A stretch of DNA of 63,928 nucleotides, filler included, from Phoronis australis (Eukaryota > Animalia > Phoronida), in NCBI GenBank assembly GCA_002633005.1. It is 6 parts of 6 records of this genome, joined end to end, with 100 filler letters (N's around TTAATTAATTAA, not from the genome) between each part and the next. Parts side by side here need not be neighbours in the genome. Positions count along the whole stretch, not along the records: positions 27,393 to 51,260 come from NMRA01000890.1; 5 more parts are not named here. One strand, 5' to 3'. The notes beneath the pieces were generated by a model. It did no database searches. It was not told the DNA's origin and was given only the letters and a program-made list of their open reading frames with translations. The position numbers and the translations under genes are program-made. Each line of letters opens with the position of its first letter. Positions within the stretch are counted from its first letter, which is position 1. Positions 34,801 through 48,200 of the stretch are shown in pieces.

Positions 34801-37800
34801 TACTTGTAGTAGAAAACCAAGGAAGTTATAAGTTCTGTTAAAGAGTGCTCAAAGAAAGAGGCATGTGTGACTTCCAGAATGCATCAGAAAACGATGTTGG
34901 TTACAATTTACAGACAATCACACAAAGAAAAGGAATTATGACAACTTTCCAACTATCAAATATTTACTGATAAGTACCGTAGTAGAAATACTAATTACGG
35001 TTAAAAACCTCTTGTTTTGGACATTTTTTGCTTGAGGTCCGAGCTTGTTCTAAATTTTTTAGAAAGTTGCACTTAATTGGCTGTCTCAAACTCGGGGCAA
35101 TTTTTACTAACGTGTTAGTGATCAGTGCTGCTTTTTATGAACTGTAAAGTCTTTTTTCAGGCCATGTTATGAAAAATGAAGTATTTAGAATTTGAGACAT
35201 ATTAAAAAGGCACATTTCACAATCAATTTGACTTAAGTTTGGTGTCCCAAATTTTGGAGACAGTCCCGAACTGGAGAAATGTTAGCGTAGGTTGGAATTC
35301 TCTCATTTACATGTACTACCCTCTAAAACAGGACGCATCGGAATAAACTTCTATGCCAGGTAAACATTTTTAATGTCACGCAAAAACTATTGCCAAAATG
35401 ACATTCTTCTTATTGTCAACGGCTGAACTATGGTTTAAAGATGGTGAAAATTTAGCATCTGTTGTTTAATGATAGTTGTACAGTGGTGGTGGCGGTGGTG
35501 ATGCTCATTTTATTGACGTTTACTTTTGCTGAAACAGATAACAAAATAAATTAACCCAGCCTTATCAGAAAATTCCATTGCAGTTTTTACATAATGGTTT
35601 TCTGTGACAAATTTTGCAAAGTGTCAATTTTAGGTCAAATTTCATGAAACTGTGCGAGCCAAACTTTGGAAACTTTTCAGATTCTTTAAGTATATCATTT
35701 GATAACACTAAAACCAAAAAATTATATAGGCCCCAAAAGTAGTGACAGAAGTGATTTTCTAGGCTTCCTGGAGTTAAATGTACTATGGCTTAAACGCAGT
35801 GACATCTGCCTAAGATGTTCTCATTATACCGAAGCGTCGACCATTGCTGCTAAATCCACCCCTTAACTTTCATTCCACGAGAGCATCAAAAGGTCGACTC
35901 TAAAGTCACTGACTCAAACCTTGAAAAAATTGCCTGTACATACATCCTGGTGTTCAAAATATATATTTGAAATTTTTACTCCATTACTTTTTCGAGTGAG
36001 AGCATCATAAATATTTTGGTCCATAATAGCCCGTTTTTGGTTCAAAGAGTTTATTTAGAGAAGCTCCTTTAAAACGACTTTAAAACGGAAGAGAAAACAA
36101 CTCTATAACTTTCATGTAGACATTGATCCTTTCTGTCAGAAGACTAGACTGTCTTTGAAGTTTCAAAGGGTTTTTTGTTAACCTTCACTGGAGTGCCCAA
36201 TTTGTGTGTATTTGATTTTTAGCCAATGCTGAGGTGCTCTGGGGGCCAGCTTGCGGGATGCCGGTGATTTCAAAAGATATTTTTCATCAGTCTGCGGTCT
36301 GACAAGCAAAACAAAAAGTGGTATTTTTGTTTGTTTTCTAGCAGCAGCCGATAGAGAAGACCTATCATCGCGTATCTTACAGTGCATGACTACGGGCAGT
36401 ATGCAGTTTTATATCCAAACCTCATAAAGGGGCTTCATCATTTTCCAAATATGTCTCTATGCTCATCTGCTGCTGGCCCTGATGGCAGTTTCTATAACTA
36501 GATTTCTTTGGTGAAATTTAGCCAAAATGTTTCCATTGAGGAAACGATGGCACATGTATGTTTGAGGACGACGTTTCGATAATAATCTAATATTCTGTTT
36601 CGATATTTTGATTTCTGTCTACAATTGTACCTGAGGATGACTTTTGATTGATATCGAAATGTCGTTTACATGCTACGCTCTAGCGAAGTTTTTATTTTCC
36701 ATTTTTTACTTCGAAATTGGCCAAAAGCTAATGATTTTCATGCGTGTTTTCGAATGAGTCTATCCTGTGTTGACACACCGGTGACAATTTTAGCACTTTA
36801 ACAATCTGATTTTGCCACTTTTTGTCACACTCCCCTGAGAGATAAGAATTACATCTCTTAAAAATATTGGAAGCACGAGTTTTGAAATTTCATTGTAGCT
36901 AAGGTTTACGCCTTGCACAGTGATCTCAGTAAAAATTTCAATTTGCGTATTAAAACACGCAACTTAAAATGATCCTAACAGCCTTTTGTCACAATACGTA
37001 ACTTAGAATGTACCTTGGAAAATTTCAGCAACTCAGGCAGAACCAAGCTCACGTTAAGTATAAAAGTAGGCATGCGCAATAGTTACCATCGTGACGGAGT
37101 ACCATAAAAGCGTTCCTTCTTAACTAGAATTTGACAAGAGTGATTATATAAAAAATAAGAAGCTATGATGCAGAAGGATTCGAGTAAGCCTCACACATCA
37201 TAATCCAAATGTGTCCCATTTCAAGTATTATTTTCATATTTTCCTTGAAGTAGAAAGTAACTAATTAAAAAACATGAATCAAAAGCACAATTTATGCGTA
37301 TTAAGATTTAGAGAAATATGTGTCCTATTGTGACGCATCATCATACATTGAACAAAAGCTGCTTTTCAAGCAAAAAACGGTTTCTAAGGAATTTCAACAG
37401 TTATTTTAGCAGAGTGCAAGGTCAATTGAATGGGCAAGTCACATTGAAATCGGTAGAAGATTCATAATAGTTATGGCACGAACACCGGTAAATTGTACAA
37501 AACTGCTTTTGGTAGCCTTTGTCTACAAATGTATGTTATAGTTATTTCTTCACCGATGACAAGGTAGCCGGTTGAAAATGCCTTTCAGTTTGGAAAAAAG
37601 CCATTTTGTCTAAAGTGAACTGTGAGTACTTTTACCACTCAGTAAATTACACATGTGTGATTAAATTCTGTTGTAATCCCTTGGATTGTAGGTAAGGATA
37701 TTTATCACTAAATTTTACCGTTAGAATATTTCTGAAAATAACGTTTAACCACTCGTAATCTGTGACCCTGACATCGCAAGACGGACTACCCGATAAAAAT

Positions 37801-40800
37801 AGTGGGTCAAAATGTGTCACATATACAGCGAACTTATGAATGCACCATGCAATATTGTCAATTTTTTATTTTTGCATTTCAGACATCGATGCCTTGCCTG
37901 TGATGTAGTCTTTTTTTCCTTAAAAGTGAGAAAATAAAAGTGCTTCCGGGTTTATCCCCCCTGTCACGTGATGAATGCAGCGAAATTATTAGTATCAATT
38001 TTTTTTATAACCCCACTTCCTAATCCCATTATGTGCTTTCTCTCACTGTATGCAATCTATATGTTTTCATATTGGAAAATCGCTGTTTTCTTTACGCAAA
38101 AACGTGTTTTCTTCGTGAACCTTTCAATGCCTAAGAACTTAAAAGTGATAAGTGCAAAATTGGTGATTTTTGTATCAGAGCCACACCACGATCACTTACA
38201 AAAGTTTAAACTGAATCTGAAAGATGACTCGTAGAGCGTTTTATTTCTTTTGAATTTCTCGTTGAATGGTTCTTACCCTCGCAGTTAACTAGCGCTGTTA
38301 ACTCCGATAAAAAGTTAAGCGTTCCCACTGACCGAAGCTTCGGAGGCAGTTGGCAAGGCTATCTAACACCTGATTGACGGGTTAGCTTATTTATTCAAGT
38401 ATCCGCGAAACTGAAGATTTTAACTCAGTAACAATATTACATTTTCAGAAAAAGTAGGATGCCTGTAAACTGTGATTGTTGACGTTTAATTGGTACACAT
38501 GACCGAATTTTTGTCAGTAAAATTTAGCAAAAACAAACGTGTATGGATAGCTAGACAACAGTATCAGTGATATAACTAAACTTGATGAAAATGTTCTAAG
38601 AGAGTTCTCAAGAACAGTGTTGCAGTTTTTTTTTAAACGCCGCCTCGTTTTAGTTCTATTCACTTTTCATGAAAATCTTTTGATAACCCCTCACGCAAAT
38701 GGCAAACATTTTATAATTACGTATTTCCTCAGAGGGTTTTTCAGGACAGCGGATAAAGCATAAAGTATCTGAAAATTTCAGAACTGTGAGAATCCAAACA
38801 GGCGTTTCTGAAGTTAGCCAAATTTGAAAAAATTTCAAGGTTCCTACATAACCTTAAATCGCACTGGTGGCGCTGGTTCGAGATTGGCTTCTTCCTCGAT
38901 CTTTACCAGTGACGCATCTGAAGAACATTTACTATGAAAGCATGGCGAAAGATGTACGTGGCTTCGAAAAATACATGTAGATGATAGACGGATTTGTTTT
39001 GCAAATAAACAACTGTACTGAACAGGTGCCTTGTGAAGGATTTTGCAGCCCAATGACCACAGCAAATTACAACTCAGATCCAAATGCATGGGTAACAGAC
39101 TGAAATGGCGCGGATTGCTCGTACCATCTCCAGAGCGAATAGTCAATCTTTTCTTCGCACAATTCCTACGCCAATATATACTCTGCTTACTTATGGATGA
39201 GAATCGATGAACGGGTATGATGGCATTGCTCGTCTCAAAAAAATCCAGCTACCACTTAAACCTATTGAATGACAGCAGTTAAACTTGAATGGAACTACGG
39301 ATGGAATCTGGGTGTGTTCCATGAAAGTGACTTAAGACTTCGGACAGAAATTTGGTCTTACGCTCCCACATAGCAAATGTTGAATAAAGGTTTAGCCAGT
39401 AATTACGAGTGCATCACAATAATTTATAGAAGAACGAGAAGATGTGTTTATATTCTCAGAGACGGCACTTTTTCCTGAGATGTAGGTATTTTTCTGAAAT
39501 AGCTGTGGATCGTAAGATCAATTTTCTGACATTTATCTTAAGCAATCTCAAAAAACCTGGACAGATATTTTGAAAACTCTGTGACCAAGAAACTAACCTC
39601 ATAATTAACAATAGTTTTGGTGACACAGATTAATGTTCCATACTACTTTCAGAATCAACCTTCAGGCATCAGCGCTTAACAATTAACCTTCAGGCATCAG
39701 CGCTCAACAATTAACCTTCAGGCATCAGCGCTCAACAATTAACCTTCAGGCATCAGCGCTTAACAGTTAACCTTCAGGCATTAGCGCTTAACAATTAACC
39801 TTCAGGCATCAGCGCTTAACAATTAACGTTCAGGCATCAGTGCTTAACAATTAACCTTCAGGCAACAGAGCTTAACAATTAATCTTCAGGCATCAGCGCT
39901 TAACAATTAATCTACCTATTTTCAAATATCTACACGTACACGTACTGATCGATCTTTGTTGGGCCAAGCATCATTTCAAAACACCAGCATGAACAGGCTT
40001 CATGACTTCTAGAATGAACTATTGTGAATGGCTAATTGAAATATATTGTCGTTATCTAAGTTTGACACGTTTGCCTTCGTCACACACCTTTGTGTACAAG
40101 TGTGCCGTGTATGTTCACTGTGTACGCGTTCTCATCCATGCTCTTGTTTTTGTAACCGAAGGAAAACACAACTTGTAACTGTGAGGGCATTTCTTCGTTT
40201 GCACATGCCATTCCAACAATTCACCTAGAAGTGAGATACTATCCAGTCCTTTGGGGACTTTGGACGCATGATTTCCGCAGTCAATTTGAACACCCCCATT
40301 TTAATAATGTCTATTCTCCTCGTACGCCAACAAAACTAGATACTCTTATGTGTAGTCGCATACATATGTATTTTTGTCATTCTGCTGCGGCGTTCGCGTG
40401 TCCCACCTCGAAGAAAAGTCTAGTCATATCTTAATGAAATTTAGTACAAGGGTGTAAGTCATCACCGAGACGGAGCGGCGTGCCACCTCTCAATTCGCCT
40501 GGCCCCCAAAGGTAGAAAGAGCCTGACATTTCGGTGTTTTTCGTGGAAAAGCGTTTCCGGATTATAACTAGAGAAACGATTGACGGATTTGGATGAAACT
40601 TAACCCTCAGATATGTGACGACAAAACCCCGGCACTAGTCAATTTTGGGACCAATTTGACTTCTGTGCAACCCTTTCTGTTCATTTTGTTTACCAGTTTT
40701 CTGCTCGATATTTAAAAAATTTGGCAGAACGATGTAAGGCATAACTAGAAAAGTAAATGTTACTTTTCAAATTGCCCCGCTCAAGGAAAGGGAGGCAAGA

Positions 40801-42445
40801 TTTCATTTTTTTGGTTGAAGAGGTTTCCGGCTCCAAAGAGAAACGAGTGGCGTAATTCAATGAAGCTGGACACAAGGGCAGGCAATGACTATGCGCCGAC
40901 ACCAATCACTTTTTGATTCGACCCCTCCAGCATTCAACAGTGGCCATTTTGGTCTCGACAAGGGCTTTTCTGTACTTTTGACCGGAAGCGTTTTCAGGGT
41001 GATTTCTGGAGAACCAATTGACGGATTTCGATGAAATTTGGCGTATGTGACGGGAATGCATCGACACCAATTGATTTTTTTGGCAAATCATTGACCAATG
41101 TAGCACACCTTGGTGGCCATTTTGTTCGTTTGCTCTGCTGACTATTGCATGTAAATATCTCAAGAACCCCTGGTTGTATGTTGACGAATTTTGACACAAG
41201 GTTGTAGAGCATAACTATGGCGATGCATGTCACTTTTCAAATTGCCCCGCTTCGGGTTCAGGACTTGGGGGTTTCCAATATCTTGATAAAGAACGTTTTT
41301 GATTATCTAAAGGATTGATAGACGGACTGTGACGAAACTTGACGCTGAGGTACATGTACTGATATGATGACAACGCACATGTACTATTCACTGAAACACC
41401 CAGTAGTAGCCGATTTTGTTTCTATGAGGGTTTTTAGTACTTTTCGAGAAAAGTGTTTTTTTAATTTCGGGGTGATTACAGATTCCAATGAAACTTAACA
41501 CGGTGGTTTCTGACGCCTTTCACGTAGGCACCCGGCAGTTTTCAGTCGATCAAGGCGGCACCACCAAGTGTCTGTTTTGGTTTCAACACGGAGATCGATT
41601 TGCCGTGTTTTGTGAAGAACTCTTCTGGATGAACTAACCACCGGGAAATTTTCAGTCGCATTCGATCAAGGCGGCACCACCAAGTGTCTATTTTGGTTTC
41701 AACACGGAGATCGATTTGCCGTGTTTTGTGAAGAACTCTTTTGGGTGAACTAACTGAAAATATGGAAAACTGGTCATTTTTAAAATTCCTTTGATATGAT
41801 GTTGTTTTAAATGATGAAGTATCAAGTGTCAATTCTGGCTAATGCAGCTATTACCTGTGGTGAAATTATTGTAAGCACTTCTGTAATTAAACTGTTTGCG
41901 AAGCGCTGAGGACGCTTATTAACGCTTTGCGTTACTGGAGCATATTTTGTTATAATTTTTCAGCTGAACCAAGTTTGATCACAGAAGAAACTTTGAAATG
42001 GATTACCCAGTGGTTACCCGCGGGAATCTTTAAAAGAATTTATCGATCAACTCAGAACAGGTTAACCTCCAGTGCGTTTCTCAGTGCGGCAAAAAGCCAA
42101 TCTCCTACTTTATCTATCGGAAAGGATTCGAACACTGGCGTATATTACGGGGGCTACACCACGATTGTGTGGTCAAGCTCATCACTTGGCCACTATGATG
42201 GAAAGGCTTTCATATTCAGAATCAATTGCACTGGAAATGGAAATTCCACAGCTACCCAGTTAATAACTAAAAGCCAATCAGCTACTCAGATGACAAATAT
42301 TCTGCATGGGTCTCTCCCATCCTTTACGGAAGAGCTCGACTTCAACAACAAGAATTGTGAAAAAGGAATGATGTACGGAAACGGAATAGAAGGTATCGGC
42401 TGCAGCGGAAACTGGGACATCATTGAAACCTACCAAGTTGGATAA
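28834..42445 (+). CDS. Predicted secreted protein: signal peptide, unknown beta-rich domain, TSP1 repeat, TLDc domain; join(28834-28863,29571-29752,30293-30558,31109-31276,41964-42445)
   Basis: All splice sites are GT-AG with compatible phases (0,2,1,1). MKFMMSMFILGFSLGDSAG signal-like N-terminus; VNGHWSEWS..C...CG.G...TRTCT.PAP..NGKDC TSP1; terminal exon is TLDc-like. The 10.7-kb last intron join is inferred. Confidence 0.7.
29571..29752 (+). CDS. Exon 2 of TSP1-TLDc gene
   Basis: ttgtAG|GFSLGDSAGTSPSLEASAIYDGHGTEGPLLYYDGVNTFKADISFSVNNKLPNPATLILSCV|GTAAGT. Confidence 0.7.
29993..30156. repeat. 27-bp tandem repeat x6
   Basis: Unit AAACGACTAGATACTCTCTAAATGTCT. Confidence 0.93.
30293..30558 (+). 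CDS. Exon 3 of TSP1-TLDc gene
   Basis: tttAG acceptor, open frame MKKSV..HMQCSAVLSF..RIYVYSVS, GTGAGT donor. Confidence 0.75.
31109..31276 (+). CDS. Thrombospondin type-1 repeat exon
   Basis: VNGHWSEWSTEEQKCRVICGNGEKYKTRTCTRPAPVGNGKDCAGNSTEGCSTQICL; phase 1-1, six Cys. Confidence 0.93.
31345..31620. mobile_element. Dispersed MITE family; related copies at ~487-790 and ~39310-39580
   Basis: Shared TTCATGAAAGTGACTTA.GACTT..GACAGAAAT.TGGTCT.ACG start; inverted GTTTCA.GAAAC end. Confidence 0.55.
32896..33011. repeat. ~115-bp hairpin within a diverged ~0.8-kb tandem duplication (32090-32660 vs 32885-33230)
   Basis: GTTATCCCCC..TATCTAG.GCCC..GTGGATTTTGGAGAATTATC..GATAATTCTCCAAAATCCAC..GGGC.CTAGATAGGGGGATAAC. 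Confidence 0.85.
33587..33655 (+). mobile_element. tRNA-derived SINE head (decayed)
   Basis: A-box-like TGGTGCAGTGG and B-box-like GGTTTGAAACC at tRNA-like spacing. Confidence 0.45.
39653..39910. repeat. 28-bp tandem repeat x9
   Basis: Unit AATTAACCTTCAGGCATCAGCGCTTAAC, with no spacers. Confidence 0.95.
40370..41920. mobile_element. Helentron-associated (HINE-like) element with diverged internal repeats
   Basis: Recurrent GACGGATTT.GATGAAA.TT motif, a ~115-bp internal duplication at 41540-41760 and a T-run start. Confidence 0.4.
41964..42445 (+). CDS. Terminal exon encoding a TLDc domain
   Basis: SLITEE..WL..FKRIYRST....SSAF......SPTLSI......YGGYT...W......DGKAFIF...PSF..ELD...IETYQV* follows the TLDc pattern; strong phase-1 acceptor. 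Confidence 0.85.
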
Positions 42446-44230
42446 ATTCAAAGGGCATGTTAATGACAAGATACATGTATACATTAGTTGAGGGCTATTT
42501 CAGAATACACACAATTTTGTTAACTATTTAGAAAATAATAATTTCGAAGAAGCGCTGTGTGAAAGCAAAATTTGTGTAAACTTTTGTTGAAAAGCAGTCG
42601 CCAACTCAGTGTGATCACAAGCAGAAGACCATTGCTTCATGAACCGTGGTCCTACACTCAGATTTCAAGTCACAGTCTACAATTGCTTTGATGGCTACGT
42701 CTGAAAGATCCAAAACATACCATATATACCTTAATAGATGTGACCATCCGTCACGTGGTCTGTTGTAGAACAGCTTGCCCCGGGGGATATTTCTACAAAA
42801 CCGCCTGTTTTAATTGTTGAGCCACTAAATTGAGCAGGCGGTTTTAGGATTTTGGAGTCAAAAGATGAAAAACGCTGTAATTTGAAGTCGAAGAGCTTAG
42901 CATCAGAAAATGTATAGTATGACCTATTGTTTCACGGTGGCATTACTGGACGGGGGATCGTAAAGACCACTTTTTGGGAGTGCAGCTTTAACATACATGT
43001 ATACCTTATGATATCACAATGCGTTTATTAATTTCTCTAACGTAGTATAGTATACAAAACATTGCAATCGAGAGGGTATTGAATTGGTTACTGTTACTGT
43101 GGCAGGGTATACAATGGGGGTGAAATTTCTGGTTTGGTTCATTGTAAATGTAGGCCTACTGTTACGATGTACCTTTTAGACTACCAAGTTTGGGATTACG
43201 GATCAATTGCGTTACTTAATGTACACATGTACAAACGTGTATTGCGAGGGTTTTGTTTCATGTACTTGGTGATTGAGTGGGTATATATTTAAATTAATAA
43301 ATGAATGGTTCAGGTTCCCATGTTTTATTTTTCATTGTCTAACGCTGGTCCAAACTTTCAACGACGCCTTTGCCATCCCTGCCTGTAAAAGCATAAAGAG
43401 CGAGCGTGAAAGTCAATTATTTGATATGATTACAAGTAAGTCTTGGCTATGATAGCTGTCAGTCGGCCTGTTTGTTAGAAACCGACAGCTGACATAGGAC
43501 GGACGAGGGCTTTCCCTGAGCAAATTTGGCAACTGTCTCTTGTAGAGACCATCACACCGGATATGTTGTCTGTAAGAGTTTAATTCTCGACTGACATCGG
43601 AATTCCATTGACCGTCCTAAATAATTGAAGCAATTGATACAATTTTAAGCTTGGTGAAAAGGTCGCTCTCTCTAGGATACCCTTGAAGAAGTTGACCATG
43701 CCTTTTGGAGGCACTGTATACTGAATTAGACTTCCTGTGCCCTCATCGCCGGACTTGCTGTCTTTCTTAAACCAAGTCAAAACAATGTTCAAACTGAATC
43801 AAAACCTATGCGTTATTATACCTAAACAGCTTTGCACATGACCAAATAAACGTTACCCTATCTCACATGTTTTGCCAAGTTCACTTGTCTTCCCCATCGA
43901 TACCAAACATGAGCCGACACTACAGATTTTGAGGGCACGTGACTCGCAATTGCTACTGATTCCGAAAAATGTGCTGCCATCCAATCAGATTTTTGCCAGT
44001 TTTGAATTGCTTGACGCCAGTTGTAATTGCCAACCATGCTAGAGGGATCTGTCGATTTGAAAAGAAGAGAATCTACAAATTAACTAGTGGATTTTCCCAT
44101 TCACAGCATGTTCCCAGCACAATCAAATCTGGTTCCTTAAGCCTGCACTATTTTAGACAAGCATGCAGAAACGTCGGGTTTTAAGATTACTTACCAGTCA
44201 ATCTTTTAACCGTACATAACAAGCGATTGC

Positions 44231-44232
<2 letters not shown>

Positions 44233-44292
<60 letters not shown>

Positions 44293-44323
44293 ACCCACAC
44301 ACACATATATATGTATGTATGCA

Positions 44324-44354
<31 letters not shown>

Positions 44355-44356
44355 AG

Positions 44357-44405
<49 letters not shown>
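44233..44405. repeat. Compound microsatellite (CA)n(TATG)n(TG)n(TA)n
   Basis: Directly visible. Confidence 0.97.
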
Positions 44406-44409
44406 TCCA

Positions 44410-44960
44410 TTTTCACGACACGCTTCTGTGCCCAATACTTTTGCTTTATCAATACATAAGAACAGACGTTCTAAAGCACCATTGGTTTCTGGTTTTTAAT
44501 TGAAAGATATACCGAGCATATTCTTCAGCTCTGCGATAGTGTGACAGTATCTCCAGTTTGTAATTTTCCTTAAATTTCTCAATGCAGGGCACTGAGAGAT
44601 AAAGTGTATCTCATTATCAACTCTGCCGTAGTTACAAAAATTATGCCATGTCTTGTAACACTTTGGTGTCTACCTACTTCTATGTTTATCTAATGAACCG
44701 AGTGTCTGAAATGAGCGAGACAACTTCGCAGATGTAAGTTAAAATACGACTAGATTCCTTCGGACAATAATTCTCGCTTAACTATAAAATCATATCTTTT
44801 CGAACTACTAACTATTTTTTTCAGAGGCACCTATAACGTTTCATGAGTTAAACTTGAACTCCAAAAAACTCTGTAATCTTTTTTCATGATTGCGAGCACT
44901 TTGAGTACCCCCGTTAGACATGAACACTGTCATCATCAATTGTAACACCAATAGTCTTTT
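44410..44960 (-). mobile_element. Decayed LINE 3' end (C-terminal CCHC region) ending in the microsatellite
   Basis: Minus frame reads LAHFRHSVH*INIEVGRH..FCNYGRVDNEIHFISQCPAL, matching the FR.S.H.L.IE.GR..C..C....E.HF...CP LINE terminus. Confidence 0.65.
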
Positions 44961-47073
44961 CAATATGTGAGAATTCCTTACATACATCACCTAGTAACGA
45001 TCTTCAAAAATACCATTCTTGTTTTACTATGGGAAAAACTTAATATTATTTTATAACTAACCATTGGAAATAGTCCTTTTGTGAAATTCACAACAACAAT
45101 GTAGTGGTCTCCACGTTCTTTAGAATTCCAAATTTTCAATGGCTGCCAATCCTACTGTATTTTTCACATATTGGTTGTTTCGAAATACACGTATGAATGA
45201 TTAAGTTAATGTTTTTAAATGCGTTTAGGCGATTTATGCTGCAAAAATGGAGATCTTACAACAATGTCCTGGCCAGAGCCTTCAAAGGGTAAACCATGCA
45301 TGGAGACTGAGCTATCAAAAGTTCTCTTGAATTTTGTTCCTGATCCACCAGTTTTTTTTCCTTTTCTCGGATGTCCCCGGCTACAGCGAGGACACCCGTG
45401 ACCATAAGTGTTAGGTGGTGTCATTCTTTATACAAACACTGGATGTCGGCCGGCTTTGATTACATTCTGGGATCTGAGTGCCTCTGGCGGTTTAAGGGAT
45501 TTTGGTTCAAAGAGTGGATCATTGAGCTATGGATGAAATGGTGACGAAAATTTGTAATAAAAACAAACATGCATGGAGTAAAATTAGCAAATACTAAAAA
45601 TGCAAGAAATGAATGAAATTACTGACGAGGCTCAGGTTGCCATGAATTCTCATGATGATCAAGTGAAAGTGAATCATATCCTTTTTTCATTGAACTCTGG
45701 CAAAAGGAATAATTGTTACATAATAGTTCCTGTGAGAAGTGACCTCATCATTTCAATGTTATTGTATTAGTGCATCTGGTTGGCTGGTAAACAAGTCACT
45801 TTCCATATATGGCATGCCAGGACGAGATTGTGGAATTCCATTCATAAAAGTTTACTATTTGTGCTGACGTCACAGGAACTGACTCAAACACACCCAAAAC
45901 CCACACATATTTTGAGTTGCTATATATACTGTAGTTAGAGCCAATAAACTTTGTGTGTTCTTATAGCCTTCAATCGATGTAGTCAGTTTTTATCTCCATC
46001 TAGCTAGCAACGAACCTGTTAGACTCCACAGCAGTCTACAACCTCAGCAAATACCCCACACAGGTCGCGGGCGACTAATACAAGAAACTTGGACAATTTG
46101 CGTTGAACGGTTTATAGACTTTATAACTCATTTGGTATAAATACCAAGCTTGCAAAATTATACAGTACATATTTTAAATGCAGAAGGATGTGATACTGGA
46201 GAAGGCTTCAATTAAAATCAATCGGTGCAATGCGCCATCGCGCAACCCAGTTACAAAGGATTCAAGACATTTTAGTTACAATGACGTTTCACTTATATTT
46301 ATACATCTGTACAACAAAACATTTCTGCAACAAAAATGTGCGAGTCACGGTAATTAAAATGGAGAAGGTATTAATATTTTACTGACTTGAGCCATCTCAG
46401 ATAGTGACGACAGGGCGCGAAAAAATAAAGGTGTTTTAGGTATGGCCTAAAATGTTTCGGAGATCTAAAATAATTTACCCCACTCGCGTTGAATCTGTCG
46501 AGGGAAATACGGCCATGAAATAAAGTTTTCCGTATTCACCTCCCGCACTACTTTAACAGCGACCTCTGACACGGAAAGTTCAAAAGGTAGGTCAATGTCG
46601 ACTCGACGTCTTAAGCCGGTTCGATCATAAAACTTTCCGAATATAGTTTAAAGTAATACAGTTGCAACCGTGTAACTAGCACTCCACATGCATCCAGGTC
46701 CTAAACGTATAATCTGGAACAAAACTGTTTATTATGAGACACTTCTGTCTCAGTTGCTGAATAGTATATCGTCTGCAACTCAGGCGCTGATTCCTGCAAG
46801 TTGGAAATTAAAATATCAAATATTGTTGTTTTTTAACTATTTCCAGGAGATGTTACAAGTTCACTGCTCAGTTGCCGTTGTTTTTATCTTTGCTACCAAG
46901 AAATAAATCGTTACTTTTAAAACTGTTTCTTTTTCAAGAGAAAACATGCAACCTAGCGCGCAAGTATATACATATAGGATGTGATCCGCCATGTGAACAG
47001 TCTGGATGAAGTATTTGAAAAATCTGCCGAAAAATTGCAAGAAACTCACGAATTCGAAGCGCATAGGATAAAT

Positions 47074-47186
47074 ACAAAACGTACCTCGATTGGCGTACAT
47101 GAAGTAATATCCCACTCGACCTTATTCCGCGTATAGACCTCCACCTTCGATATCACTTCATGTACGCCACTCTCGGTACGTTTTGT
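47074..47186. repeat. Inverted repeat/hairpin (~35-bp arms)
   Basis: ACAAAACGTACC..TGGCGTACATGAAGT.ATATC ... GATATCACTTCATGTACGCCA..GGTACGTTTTGT. Confidence 0.85.
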
Positions 47187-47329
47187 GCATGTCTTTCGTA
47201 AAAGAGTACGATTCAAATCTCATTGAGCACTACAGCAATTGCAAATGTCATCAAACCAGTCTCTCTACTCTGGGAATAAAATTATAGTACTAATTATTGT
47301 AAATGTTATGACAATTTTCCTACAGGGAG

Positions 47330-48200
47330 TGCAACCAAATTTGGAAGATGCGAGTGTTGTGGTGCCGTTTGAAGACTGATGTGATGCAAGGTCCGACACA
47401 GTTCCTAAATTTCCTCTTTGGAACCTCACCCTTCAGCTGGAGCTGGCTGTGATGGTGTATGTGAGATTGACACCTTGTACGTGAGACCGCCTTCATGCAA
47501 CTGTATATAGAGGCCCTCTCCGAGATGACCCTTGGTTCTTCGCCCTGGATCTTACATACTGTATTGCTCGGCATGGGTGCCGATCCAACTACGATACAGG
47601 ATATCACTGACGCAACTCCATGCTTAGTTTCTAAAGGGAAACTTTATCGTCAAGAAGTCAAACCGTGCATTCTCCGTGGTAGCTATTGAACAGGACCATG
47701 AGTAGAACAGTGCTTCGTCAAAGAGAGGCGGTGCCGTCGGACTGACGGAAACTGTGCAGCTCTTCGCCGATGGATGGTGAGTGGTCCTGGGATGACTAGT
47801 TTAATTCGGGAATGAGATGGATCAACTAAGAGAAGAAGCAAGACACAGATGGACGTCACCATGATCGAACAAGAAAGAAATGCACAAATGGCAGTTGCCC
47901 AAGATATGCAATTGCTGAGCCAATGAATAGAAGAGATGAACACGCTCTATGAATGCTGCAGTGATCTCCATGTCTGGAACAACAGACACGTTGTGGACAC
48001 GACAGGTGCAGACAAGACGCCTGGTGGAGCATAATCTGGAAATCCTACCACAAGCATCAGAAGCTTCCAAGGATGTGTCTGCAAGAACGGCTGCGGAAGG
48101 CGCTAAAATAGATATAAGTCATCTCTACACTGTGCAGCTCTTTGTAAAAGTTGTGCAGTGTTCCATTACGACGTGGCGCACAGAGAAGAGCTAATCAGTA
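47330..48200 (+). mobile_element. Academ-like transposase pseudogene fragment
   Basis: Frameshifted LYIEAL..WFFALD..FLKGNFIVKKSNRAFSVVAIEQDHE*N..GGAVGLTE..AALRRWMVSGP, with multiple stops. Confidence 0.75.

Noticed and set aside
39653-39910. 28-bp repeat as a CRISPR array
   Set aside because: Head-to-tail units without unique spacers, no cas genes and a eukaryotic intron context; the same applies to the 29993 and 60367 repeats
44187-44499. Four overlapping ORFs
   Set aside because: Microsatellite translations
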